DNA of 63,307 nucleotides, filler included, from Octopus bimaculoides (GCF_001194135.2; 7 parts of 7 records of this genome joined end to end with filler, not necessarily neighbours in it); one strand, 5' to 3'. Positions 11,038-22,409 are shown, counted from the first letter of the whole stretch. Notes: generated from the letters alone by a model not told the origin. Program-made: numbers and translations.

Positions 11038-11507
11038 NNNNNNNNNNNNNNNNNNNNNNNNNNNNNNNNNNNNNNNNNNNNTTAATTAATTAANNNNNNN
11101 NNNNNNNNNNNNNNNNNNNNNNNNNNNNNNNNNNNNNTCTTTCTTTCTTTCTTTCTTTCTCTCTCTCCCTGTCTCACACACACAGCAGCATTACACACAC
11201 ACACATGCTGCTCTCTCACACTAACAAAAGAACTTCACATACACACTTTCTGTCTGGCATACTCACTATAAAAAGAAAGCGTGTATTTCTTTTTGGCAAC
11301 ATGTGTTTTGTGTGTAATGTTGGTGTGTGTGTGTGAGAAAGAAAGAAAGAAAGCAAGAAAGAGAGATAACTGGCATGTGTGTGTAAGGGAAGGAGAGAGA
11401 GAGAGAGAAGGTATTTTTTTCTTGTTGCTTCTTGCTTTGCTGCCTACCACACAGACGCTGGTAAACAAAATGTAACTCTCCTTCACCCTCCCTCTCACAA
11501 ACATACA

Positions 11508-11554
<47 letters not shown>

Positions 11555-11811
11555 CTTCCCGCGCGTACGCACAGATTTGACTTCGCCATGTCAACGAACT
11601 TCAAAATTCGTAAAAGTTTATCGATTTTTACAGCTATACGCGGGTGCCTCTGAGAGAAAAAATTGGCCAAAATGCACATAAGGTCATTCCGAATCTCCTC
11701 CTAAAATTGGAGCGACATGCGTGCTAATTTGTGGACGTGCATAAACTACATTCACGTGCACACACACACACACACACAAATATCCTCTCTTTTATCGATA
11801 TAGATATATAT

Positions 11812-11962
11812 AGGCGTAGGAGTGGCTGTGTGGCACGAACCACATGGTTCTGGGTTCAGTCCCACTTCGTGGTACCTTGGGCAAGTGTCTTCTACTATAG
11901 CCTCGGGCTGACCAAAGTCTTGTGAGTGGATTTGGCTGACGGAAACTGAAAGAAACCCGTCG
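11812..11962 (+). mobile_element. SINE family B head, running into (TA)n and a gap
   Basis: ggcgtaggagtggctgtgtggcacgaaccacatggttctgggttcagtcccacttcgtggtaccttgggcaagtgtcttctactatagcctcgggctgaccaaag. Confidence 0.9.
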
Positions 11963-11995
<33 letters not shown>

Positions 11996-12537
11996 NNNNN
12001 NNNNNNNNNNNNNNNNNNNNNNNNNNNNNNNNNNNNNNNNNNNNNNNNNNNNNNNNNNNNNNNNNNNNNNNNNNNNNNNNNNNNNNNNNNNNNNNNNNNN
12101 NNNNNNNNNNNNNNNNNNNNNNNNNNNNNNNNNNNNNNNNNNNNNNNNNNNNNNNNNNNNNNNNNNNNNNNNNNNNNNNNNNNNNNNNNNNNNNNNNNNN
12201 NNNNNNNNNNNNNNNNNNNNNNNNNNNNNNNNNNNNNNNNNNNNNNNNNNNNNNNNNNNNNNNNNNNNNNNNNNNNNNNNNNNNNNNNNNNNNNNNNNNN
12301 NNNNNNNNNNNNNNNNNNNNNNNNNNNNNNNNNNNNNNNNNNNNNNNNNNNNNNNNNNNNNNNNNNNNNNNNNNNNNNNNNNNNNNNNNNNNNNNNNNNN
12401 NNNNNNNNNNNNNNNNNNNNNNNNNNNNNNNNNNNNNNNNNNNNNNNNNNNNNNNNNNNNNNNNNNNNNNNNNNNNNNNNNNNNNNNNNNNNNNNNNNNN
12501 NNNNNNNNNNNNNNNNNNNNNNNNNNNNNNNNNNNNN

Positions 12538-12574
<37 letters not shown>

Positions 12575-12815
12575 TCAAGTCATATGGAATCGAGTCAAAC
12601 TTATATTAAATAAACATACCACAAACACAGACACACACACACACACACAGACACACACACACAGACACACACACACAGACGCACTATACATAATACATAC
12701 ATACATACATACATGCCTACATGCATATATGTATATATATATAATAAGGTGGAAAAAATAGTACCGAATACCAGAGGTAGAGTAATATGCTTTATTAAAA
12801 AGCAGCAAAAATATT

Positions 12816-12866
12816 ACAAAACCTGTTACTCTGAGTTTCATTTTCTCTTTCGTCAGACAGTTTTGT
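12816..12866 (-). ncRNA. Minimal type I hammerhead ribozyme motif in a Penelope-like terminal repeat
   Basis: Minus strand: ACAAAACTGT-CTGACGA-AAGAGAAAAT-GAAA-CTCAGAG-TA-ACAGGTTTTGT. Intact CUGAnGA/GAAA core, GUA cleavage triplet, about 10-bp stem I, near-palindromic stem III. Confidence 0.75.
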
Positions 12867-13270
12867 CTAGAATGCAAGAAAAATATGGTTATAAGCAAAC
12901 ATATACAATTAGTTTAATAGATACACATTTGAAAATGGTTTTGTTTCATTGGTACTTTCAACTAACGGTCTTTTCACTGACCGGTTGCATGTAATGAACT
13001 TTTCGGTATAAAATTATCTTATTATAAAATCGAAAAGAAAACCTTAAAATCAAAAATAGCTTATAAATAAGGACAGGGCCTGAATACCCAGGGTAAATAA
13101 TTATCTGTAAAAACATTAACCAATTAATACATTAAGAGTTATATCCGTTAAAATATTTTTCACGTTGGATTACATATACATTTAGCAGTATATGCACACA
13201 CCAAACCATCTGTAATATACATGTATACACTAAACATACAGACGCATGTACATAGCTACATACATATACA

Positions 13271-13635
13271 AACATTGCTAACAACCTTAAAGTTAGTGAT
13301 AGGATAGAATATCTGCCCCCACGTCAACCCTTTGTTACCCTAAAGGATTACAAAGCTAATTTCAATAGAAACCCTAAATGTAGACTAATTAATCCAGCTA
13401 AAACTGAAATATGTATTATTAGCAAATATATTTTAGATCGTATCTTGAGCTAGTTAGATAGTGAATTAAATCTAAGGCTTTGGAAAAAGAGCAAGTCAGT
13501 GATAGATTGGTTCAAAGGGATTAGTCATAAGCATTACGGCAAATTTACACAGTTTGTATGCTGATGCGTTATCTAAAGGGAACATGAAACTCAGAGTAAC
13601 AGTTTTTGTGATATTTCTGCTGCTTTTTAATAAAG
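13271..13635 (+). mobile_element. Penelope-like element RT fragment (one internal stop) fused to a partial terminal repeat
   Basis: NIANNLKVSDRIEYLPPRQPFVTLKDYKANFNRNPKCRLINPAKTEICIISKYILDRILS*LDSELNLRLWKKSKSVIDWFKGISHKHYGKFTQF carries the FITLKDHK.NF..NPKCRLINPAK.E PLE signature; 13575-13635 is the inverse of about 12789-12850. Confidence 0.85.
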
Positions 13636-15505
13636 AATTCATATATATAAATATATNNNNNNNNNNNNNNNNNNNNNNNNNNNNNNNNNNNNNNNNNNNN
13701 NNNNNNNNNNNNNNNNNNNNNNNNNNNNNNNNNNNNNNNNNNNNNNNNNNNNNNNNNNNNNNNNNNNNNNNNNNNNNNNNNNNNNNNNNNNNNNNNNNNN
13801 NNNNNNNNNNNNNNNNNNNNNNNNNNNNNNNNNNNNNNNNNNNNNNNNNNNNNNNNNNNNNNNNNNNNNNNNNNNNNNNNNNNNNNNNNNNNNNNNNNNN
13901 NNNNNNNNNNNNNNNNNNNNNNNNNNNNNNNNNNNNNNNNNNNNNNNNNNNNNNNNNNNNNNNNNNNNNNNNNNNNNNNNNNNNNNNNNNNNNNNNNNNN
14001 NNNNNNNNNNNNNNNNNNNNNNNNNNNNNNNNNNNNNNNNNNNNNNNNNNNNNNNNNNNNNNNNNNNNNNNNNNNNNNNNNNNNNNNNNNNNNNNNNNNN
14101 NNNNNNNNNNNNNNNNNNNNNNNNNNNNNNNNNNNNNNNNNNNNNNNNNNNNNNNNNNNNNNNNNNNNNNNNNNNNNNNNNNNNNNNNNNNNNNNNNNNN
14201 NNNNNNNNNNNNNNNNNNNNNNNNNNNNNNNNNNNNNNNNNNNNNNNNNNNNNNNNNTATATATATATATATACACACATATATATATACATATATACAC
14301 ATGTATATACACGCGCACACTTATATGTATGTGTGTGCGTGCGTATTTGTGTGTGTGTGTGTGTGTGTGTGTATACACATACACTCATGTTTTATGTTTT
14401 ATTACCTTTTTTTATCGCGCGCAACACACACTCACACACACACACACTCACACACACACACACTCACACACACACAAACACATACACACAGACTTATGAA
14501 TTAAATTTTTATCTAACATTCAAGGGAGATTACTATAAAGAGCAAAGGGAAATTACTCACAAATTATCCTTTTCTAATTAAGAAAAGTTCTTTATTTCAT
14601 TGACATTCAAGTTAATATTAAATTAACATTTATTTCCTTAGTCAAACATTTTGGCTATGGTAAATGAAATGACAACGGCAAATCTGTCTCTGCATATCCA
14701 TCGTCTGTCTATATTATCTTTCATCTATATGTCTGTTTGTCTGCCTGCCCCCTCTCTCTCTCTCTGTCCCTCTGTGCATATGAGTCTCTATATGTCTGTC
14801 TGTCAGTCTGTGTTCTAACTGCAACCATCCACCCATCCAAGCGTCTGTGCTGACAGAGTCGCTAGCACGCTGGTCAAAATGCTTCGCGTCATTTCGTCCG
14901 TCTTTACGTGCCGAGTTCAAATTCCGCCGTGATCGACCTTGCTTTTCACCCTTTCGGGCCTTATGCCTAAATAAGAAATAATGTGAGACAGAAGATTTTA
15001 AGAGCTGCTGTTTGGAGATTATGCAGCAAAGCATATAACAAATGAAAAGGGTTTGGCAGAAAGACTGAGTGGAGTGGATAGGAACATACTACATCTCTTG
15101 CAGGGTTCTGCCTTTTGACAAGAGACCAATTGTTCCGTACACATTTGGAAGCAATTATGAGAGATCTTAAGATGTGATAATTTTTACTTTTCATGTAGCG
15201 AGTGAATTCGCTATGGTAAGTGAAATCGCAATTATTATGATGGGTTATTTTCTCTTTGTAAATGAGAAGTAGTGGTCTTTGCAGGTACAAACCTCAAAAT
15301 GAGATGACAAAGGGATAAATGATTATGTTATCAACTTCATTAGCTTACATCTATTTCTGCTATATGATACAGTGGACTCATATTTGAGTGCCTGAATAAC
15401 ACCTTATAGCTTCATCGAAGCCTCGAATATATATATGTAAGCTTGTATGTATGTATGTATGTATGTATGTATGTATGTATGTGTGTATGTATGTGTGTAT
15501 GTATG

Positions 15506-15553
<48 letters not shown>

Positions 15554-15727
15554 NNNNNNNNNNNNNNNNNNNNNNNNNNNNNNNNNNNNNNNNNNNNNNN
15601 NNNNNNNNNNNNNNNNNNNNNNNNNNNNNNNNNNNNNNNNNNNNNNNNNNNNATATATGTAAGCTTGTATGTATGTATGTATGTATGTATGTATGTATGT
15701 ATGTGTGTATGTATGTGTGTATGTATG

Positions 15728-15777
<50 letters not shown>

Positions 15778-15789
15778 GAAATATTTGGC

Positions 15790-16260
15790 TGGTGCGCTTG
15801 TCCTTCTCTAATGGGTTTTATACGATCTGTTAAAAGGTGTCTGATATTATTATTGTGCTGTGTAACTCTTACTTTCTACCATGAGTTTCATAAGTTTTTC
15901 ATGTCCTTGATACTTGTGGGAGGAGCGTATAAGAACTTAAAAATTCTAATCTGCAAGTGTATAGATGGTGCCTCTCCAGAAGGAACTAGGCCTCCCATTT
16001 AATTCACTTTTAGCGATGATTTGTTTGGTATAGAACTTCTCCAGTGTTATAGAGATAGACTTCCTGATGTGTGTTGAGGGTATATCATTAAATCATTGGC
16101 TATGTTGTCTCTGTAGAAAGTGTTTCGCGTATATGAGCAGTTTATATATGTTTGGATATCCTAACGAGGAGAAGAATTACTAATTACTCAAAGTATTTAG
16201 CAGAATGTATTTACATGGTCGAAGTTTATTTTTGTTCATCATTTTAGCATCTGAAGGAGA
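15790..16260 (-). mobile_element. Probable decayed PLE fragment
   Basis: Shares cctctccagaaggaa with the 44770 region of the larger PLE fossil; minus strand is coding-like but riddled with stops. Confidence 0.35.
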
Positions 16261-16853
16261 GCATAAAACAACAAACACCCCTTAAGCATTCTAACGATTA
16301 ACAAAAAACATGCATACCTATATACATATACATACAGGTACATGCACACATACATATACACACACATATAAGCACATATACACATGCACACGAACATACA
16401 TATAAAAATACGCTCATGCACATACATACATGCATACAAGTATCTATCTATCCATCTATTTGTATATATATATATATCTATACATATATATATATGTATA
16501 TATATGTATACATATATGTATATGCATATATATATANNNNNNNNNNNNNNNNNNNNNNNNNNNNNNNNNNNNNNNNNNNNNNNNNNNNNNNNNNNNNNNN
16601 NNNNNNNNNNNNNNNNNNNNNNNNNNNNNNNNNNNNNNNNNNNNNNNNNNNNNNNNNNNNNNNNNNNNNNNNNNNNNNNNNNNNNNNNNNNNNNNNNNNN
16701 NNNNNNNNNNNNNNNNNNNNNNNNNNNNNNNNNNNNNNNNNNNNNNNNNNNNNNNNNNNNNNNNNNNNNNNNNNNNNNNNNNNNNNNNNNNNNNNNNNNN
16801 NNNNNNNNNNNNNNNNNNNNNNNNNNNNNNNNNNNNNNNNNNNNNNNNNNNNN

Positions 16854-16890
<37 letters not shown>

Positions 16891-16893
16891 ATA

Positions 16894-17579
16894 TCAAAAT
16901 AAGCAACAGAATATCAAGGGGTGATGGAGTACGACCGTTTCAAGCGGCTCCATTTAATTGAACAATGCAATCATTACATCAATTTAAATGCAGGATTATC
17001 CTCAGCTGCATAAATAGATAGAAGTTTTTAATCAGTTGGACACATTAATATAATTTTACTCAGATTCTCTAATAGACCAAGCAGAGGGAGAAAGTCCATG
17101 TTGCTACTAATGTGACTCAGAATATACTACACCTCTAAGAACTGTATGCAGCTTGTTAGGGTCACAGTTTGTAAATGATTGTAGTTCACTTTTAATTTAT
17201 TAGTCTTTTTTTATCAACTACCAAATTTTAGGCTAGAGGACAGTGCCTGTTTAGAAATGGATTGACAGAGTGAGTTGACAGTTTATAGTTTGGTATGGTC
17301 GTAAATATTGTCAGGATTTAGAAAATGTATATGTATCTGTCTATAAAGGTGGCTGGGTAGGAGAAGACCCTAAATCAGGATATTAATTAATCTTGCTCTA
17401 TTATAGAATTTGTGTAAAATTATATTAATGTGTCCAACTGATTAAAAAATTCTATTTATTTATGCAGCTAAGGACAGCCTTGCATTTAAATTATTGTAAT
17501 AATTGCATTGTTGAATTAAATGGAACCGCTTGAAACGGTCTTACTGCATTACCTCTTGATATCCTGTTGCTTATTTTGA
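16894..17579. mobile_element. Fold-back/MITE-like element, 686 bp, with about 188-bp inverted arms
   Basis: 16894-17081 aligns to the reverse complement of 17392-17579 with about 21 differences counted by eye (roughly 89 percent); no clear TSD. Confidence 0.85.
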
Positions 17580-18041
17580 CTTTATTCACCTTTGAGTACG
17601 TATAATACCGCACTAACTTGGTGCTTCAACTTAAGTACCTAATTCAATTGAATCTCAATTATATTCATTATATATATATATATGTTGATATTTGATATAA
17701 GGCCTACAATATTTGCAATAATTCCATGCATATACGTCAATAGCTTTTGCAGGTGGATCTATGTATTTCTGAATTTCAGTCCATATATGTGTTGTTATTG
17801 TTGTTGTTTTTTGTGGGGTGATGGGTGCATGTGTAACTTTGCCGGTGTCATTCTGTATACATTTATACATCGATGTGCACATGTATGTGTGTGTGTATGT
17901 ATGCATGTATATATTTATATATATATATAAGAGTAGGAATTAATATTACATAGTATTATTAAATAATATCAATTTCAACCAGTGGTCAGCATACTTAAAA
18001 AGCGTCCGAGGACCGTGAATCCTATCTAAATATAAACAAAA

Positions 18042-18153
18042 GGAGAGATCACTATGCAAATCCATTGTATGCTAAACATAGACGCCCAGAAAAGTGGTAA
18101 GACGGTTTAACGTCTATTTTTAGCATACAAGAGATCCACATAGTGATTTCTCC
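18042..18153. other. 43-bp imperfect inverted repeat with 26-nt loop (hairpin)
   Basis: ggagagatcactatgcaaatccattgtatgctaaacatagacg / cgtctatttttagcatacaagagatccacatagtgatttctcc: 36 of 43 positions are Watson-Crick pairs. Confidence 0.85.
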
Positions 18154-19275
18154 AATTATTTANNNNNNNNNNNNNNNNNNNNNNNNNNNNNNNNNNNNNN
18201 NNNNNNNNNNNNNNNNNNNNNNNNNNNNNNNNNNNNNNNNNNNNNNNNNNNNNNNNNNNNNNNNNNNNNNNNNNNNNNNNNNNNNNNNNNNNNNNNNNNN
18301 NNNNNNNNNNNNNNNNNNNNNNNNNNNNNNNNNNNNNNNNNNNNNNNNNNNNNNNNNNNNNNNNNNNNNNNNNNNNNNNNNNNNNNNNNNNNNNNNNNNN
18401 NNNNNNNNNNNNNNNNNNNNNNNNNNNNNNNNNNNNNNNNNNNNNNNNNNNNNNNNNNNNNNNNNNNNNNNNNNNNNNNNNNNNNNNNNNNNNNNNNNNN
18501 NNNNNNNNNNNNNNNNNNNNNNNNNNNNNNNNNNNNNNNNNNNNNNNNNNNNNNNNNNNNNNNNNNNNNNNNNNNNNNNNNNNNNNNNNNNNNNNNNNNN
18601 NNNNNNNNNNNNNNNNNNNNNNNNNNNNNNNNNNNNNNNNNNNNNNNNNNNNNNNNNNNNNNNNNNNNNNNNNNNNNNNNNNNNNNNNNNNNNNNNNNNN
18701 NNNNNNNNNNNNNNNNNNNNNNNNNNNNNNNNNNNNNNNNNNNNNNNNNNNNNNNNNNNNNNNNNNNNNNNNNNNNNNNNNNNNNNNNNNNNNNNNNNNN
18801 NNNNNNNNNNNNNNNNNNNNNNNNNNNNNNNNNNNNNNNNNNNNNNNNNNNNNNNNNNNNNNNNNNNNNNNNNNNNNNNNNNNNNNNNNNNNNNNNNNNN
18901 NNNNNNNNNNNNNNNNNNNNNNNNNNNNNNNNNNNNNNNNNNNNNNNNNNNNNNNNNNNNNNNNNNNNNNNNNNNNNNNNNNNNNNNNNNNNNNNNNNNN
19001 NNNNNNNNNNNNNNNNNNNNNNNNNNNNNNNNNNNNNNNNNNNNNNNNNNNNNNNNNNNNNNNNNNNNNNNNNNNNNNNNNNNNNNNNNNNNNNNNNNNN
19101 ATACACAATGTTTCAAGCGAACTACAATACTCTCATATGTGTGTGTGTGTGTGTGTGTGTGCGTGTGTGTGTGTATGTATGTATGTATGTGTGTATACTT
19201 GTCCTGTTAACATCATTGGCTATCATAGTATATCAAAGGTCACAGCACAGAATATGAAACGATCAAAGGTAATAC

Positions 19276-19281
19276 TTTATT
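19276..19281 (-). terminator. AATAAA polyadenylation signal overlapping the stop codon of the chitin-binding gene
   Basis: Minus strand ...ACT GAA TAA Agt: hexamer spans GAA/TAA; a CA lies about 20 nt downstream, followed by a GT-rich tract. Confidence 0.5.
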
Positions 19282-19527
19282 CAGTCACTTTAACAGAGAC
19301 ACAAATTTTCAATGTCGGGTGGAAAATACTCTGGATACCAGGCAGATTAGGTGATGGGCAGTCACCCCTGTAGAGCACACGTTGGTCTTTGCAGGTCATG
19401 AACTTCGATGTCCAAAGTTGTCCGGTCCAAGGTTGTAATCCATCGTCAAGCTGAGTGCAAGACGGGAACCGTTGCTGACAAGGCTCACAGTTCTTTTCCA
19501 TTTGACAGCGGTTTGACAAATATTCAC
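19277..19527 (-). CDS. Secreted chitin-binding protein, terminal exon (4-Cys linker plus 4-Cys CBM14-like domain)
   Basis: Acceptor catttctcaatctcccccttAG|GT GAA TAT. (C)EYLSNRCQMEKNCEPCQQRFPSCTQLDDGLQPWTGQLWTSKFMTCKDQRVLYRGDCPSPNLPGIQSIFHPTLKICVSVKVTE*; phase 1 matches the upstream exon. Confidence 0.9.
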
Positions 19528-19834
19528 CTAAGGGGGAGATTGAGAAATGGCGGACATCAGCGACACGTGACTAGATGACGTTAGTACATATTGGTAGTGA
19601 GAGATTTGGTGGTAGTAGTGGATATGGTGTTGGTTGTGTAGCCATGTATGTTGGTGAGTCATGGCGATGGTAAATGTCATGGTGGTTATGGTAGTGGCGT
19701 GACTGTGTATGGTGGTGGTAATGGTGGTGGCAATAGTGATTTTCTGATTTTCCTCTCCTAGTTATATTAACGAGTAGGATTGAAACCTTGATGTTGTGTT
19801 TGAACTGTTCTTTCTAGCTAATATATTGATTTGA

Positions 19835-20015
19835 AATCTTGGCACAATGCCTACAAGTTCAGCGCAGTATTCAACTGATACTTATTTTACTGACCCCCGA
19901 AAGGATAAAAAGCAAATTCGACCCCAGCTGAATTTGAACTCTGTGCGAAATGAGGGACGATATGCCGCTAAGCATTTTGCCCGGTGTGCTAACGATTCTA
20001 CCAGATCTCTGCCTT
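19835..20015 (-). mobile_element. SINE family A (further decayed copy at about 20380-20510)
   Basis: Reverse-complement match: gatacttattttactgacccccgaaaggataaaaagcaaattcgacc...ttttgcccggtgtgctaacgattct. Confidence 0.8.
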
Positions 20016-20540
20016 TGTTTAGCTTATACATTAAAATAAATATTTTATTTCTTCATTTGTTATTTTTCTCCCAATGAGCTTTTGAATTTCAGATATAATC
20101 CACCCGATGGTCTTCCAACAGTTTCTGTCAATTCAATTTCATTCATAAAGCATCGAGCGATCTGAAGTTATGGTATAAAAAAATAGTAGTCACTTTGCCA
20201 ATATGCGACACAGTAAGCTCGAATCCAGGACCTCATGATTGCGAAGCGAATTTCTTAACTATTCGGCCACTGGCACACAGTTTATAAAATTCTTAATATG
20301 TGCATATGGGTATGTCTTTATGTGAATGTTTCTTCTGTCATAATTCCATTCACATCTAGAAATATAATATTGATCACAATATTTAACTCTTACTCTGAAA
20401 AGACGGAAGGTATAATCTACCTCAGAACGATTTGGACTCAGAATATATGGCCATAACTAAATAGCGGAACGTATTTTGTCTCGCAGTCTCTAAAGATTCT
20501 GCCAGTCCATCGTCGCTAACCGTGTGTGTTTGTGTATGTA

Positions 20541-21821
20541 CAGGGTGCGTGAGATATTTTAGGGCAAATTTATGTTTATAAAAAAAAAAACAGATATATA
20601 ATAACAGATAATAACTTTATTCATCAAAAAATGCAATGAGAATAAAAATAAACCTTTTCTATAATGTTATTCAATAAAGCCACCTTCAGCTTCAACAGCT
20701 GCTTCTATATGAGATCTAAATCATCTACATGCTGGAATCAAGTAGTCCTGGTTCATTTTGAAGATTACTCTGACTATGGCAGGTTTCAAAGAATCTTTGG
20801 TGCTGTGGGCCTGTTCATTGACCTATCTCTCAATAACGCTCCACATGTAATAGTTCAGTGGATTGAGATTTGGAGAATTAGGAGGCCAAACGTTAGGGGC
20901 TATGTGATCATGAACATTTTCAGTCATTCATTCCTGTGTTACTAGAGCCATGTGTGATACTGCAGTCTTACTGAAACACATATGGCCTTCCATTGCATAC
21001 ACTGTCTATCCAGGGCTTAACAATTATTTCTAGAACTTCAATGGAAATAAATNNNNNNNNNNTGGCCTTCCATTGCATACACTGTCTATCCAGGGCTTAA
21101 CAATTATTTCTAGAACTTCAATGGAAATAAATAAAGAAACATCACATGTCCTTCATTGATGACAACCCCTAAAACCATGACAGTTGCAAGAAATTTTGTA
21201 TGCATAACACTTGGAACTTCAGAAGGGTCTGCACATAACCATCTCTCATTTCCTCTGTTAACATTTTGATCTCATTTGAGAAAAACCAAATCAAATCTTC
21301 TTCTACTGTATTTTTCAGTTTCTTTAAGAGCCTTTTAGATCTGATGTAGTGATTGATTTTCTTCTGCTTTTTCTGACGAATTGAATTTTCCTCATCATAT
21401 AAGACTTATATCTGATGTCTTTGTGAACAACATTTCTGACTGTTCCTTCTGACACATGGAGATCTTTTGCAGTTGGCCTCATGGACTTTCTGGGATTGTA
21501 ACTTGATGGATATATTCAGGTGTTCTGATGATTTCAGAGCGTTTAGAATGCTTTTTATACTTTGATACTGGTGATACGTTTCCATTTTCAGTCTTTAGCT
21601 CCTTACAAACTTTGTAGACGAAAGATCTGGCAACTTTTAAAAATTGAGATATTTCTAAATCGCTATGCTCAGCATTTATAACCACAATAACAGCATGCCT
21701 CTTCATTTCTTGAGTAAGCTGAGGGTCTGCCATTATTTCTGAAACAAAGGTTATACAGCGTTAGCAAAAATTGCAGCGATAACTCACAAAAAGTATGTCC
21801 TCAAATACCTTACGCACCCTA
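20541..21821 (-). mobile_element. Near full-length decayed Tc1/mariner-superfamily transposon, maT/DD37D-like
   Basis: TIRs TA|cagggtgcgtgagatattttagggca and tgtcctcaaataccttacgcaccct. Minus strand MADPQLTQEMKRHAVIV.., TKFLATVMVLGVVINEGHV, KPWIDSVCNGRPYVFQ; multiple stops and frameshifts. Confidence 0.85.
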
Positions 21822-21978
21822 TGTAATTGTTTGTAGTGTATTCGTTGCGATGTAACCGTGTGTGTTTGTGTACATGCTTGAGTGAGTGTGCGCGCATGAA
21901 CGTGCGAGTGTGAGCACGTGTGTGTGTGTGTGGGGGGTAATATATGGTAGAGATAAGATAACAAATCAAAAGCCTCAC

Positions 21979-22215
21979 ATGGTTCGGTTGGTTCATAGCG
22001 TGGACCACACTGCACAAATCGATAAGGCTCACATCTCCGAGTGCCGCTGTTGAACAACATTGGATAAGGGCACTCACCCGAACGTTTCAACAGGCGGCCC
22101 CCATTTGAAGATATCGGATGGCAATCGAAATAATGAGCACAGTTGTCTTGGTAGGGATTGGTGCCGTTCAGGCCTTCCTCACAGAAGACAGCTTCATCTG
22201 TATGCTTCCGGCTGC
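21979..22215 (-). CDS. Secreted chitin-binding protein, exon 2 (canonical 6-Cys CBM14/peritrophin-A domain)
   Basis: Acceptor ctatctgtctttcAG, donor CCAT|gtgagg; 237 nt, phase 1-1. SRKHTDEAVFCEEGLNGTNPYQDNCAHYFDCHPISSNGGRLLKRSGECPYPMLFNSGTRRCEPYRFVQCGPRYEPTEP. Confidence 0.92.
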
Positions 22216-22224
22216 CTGAAAGAC

Positions 22225-22277
<53 letters not shown>

Positions 22278-22377
22278 CATACATACATACATACATACAT
22301 ACATAAAGAGAGAGAGAGAGAGACAGAGAGACAGACAGACAGACAGGCAGACAGGCAGACAGACAGACAGGGCGAAA

Positions 22378-22409
<32 letters not shown>

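Noticed and set aside
11555-11730. CpG-rich segment as a CpG-island promoter
   Set aside because: Short, embedded between microsatellites, and more like a non-autonomous repeat fragment; no linked first exon.
14990-15170. Protein-like frames (ELLFGDYAAKHITNEKGLAERLSG on +; a Cys-rich frame on -)
   Set aside because: No recognisable family motif, weak or missing splice sites, and no match to the missing GSTCD C-terminus.
17655-17906. Thr-rich minus-strand ORF as an extra chitin-binding or mucin exon
   Set aside because: It lies downstream of the gene's stop and poly(A) signal, begins and ends in microsatellite, and has no CBM14 cysteine pattern.
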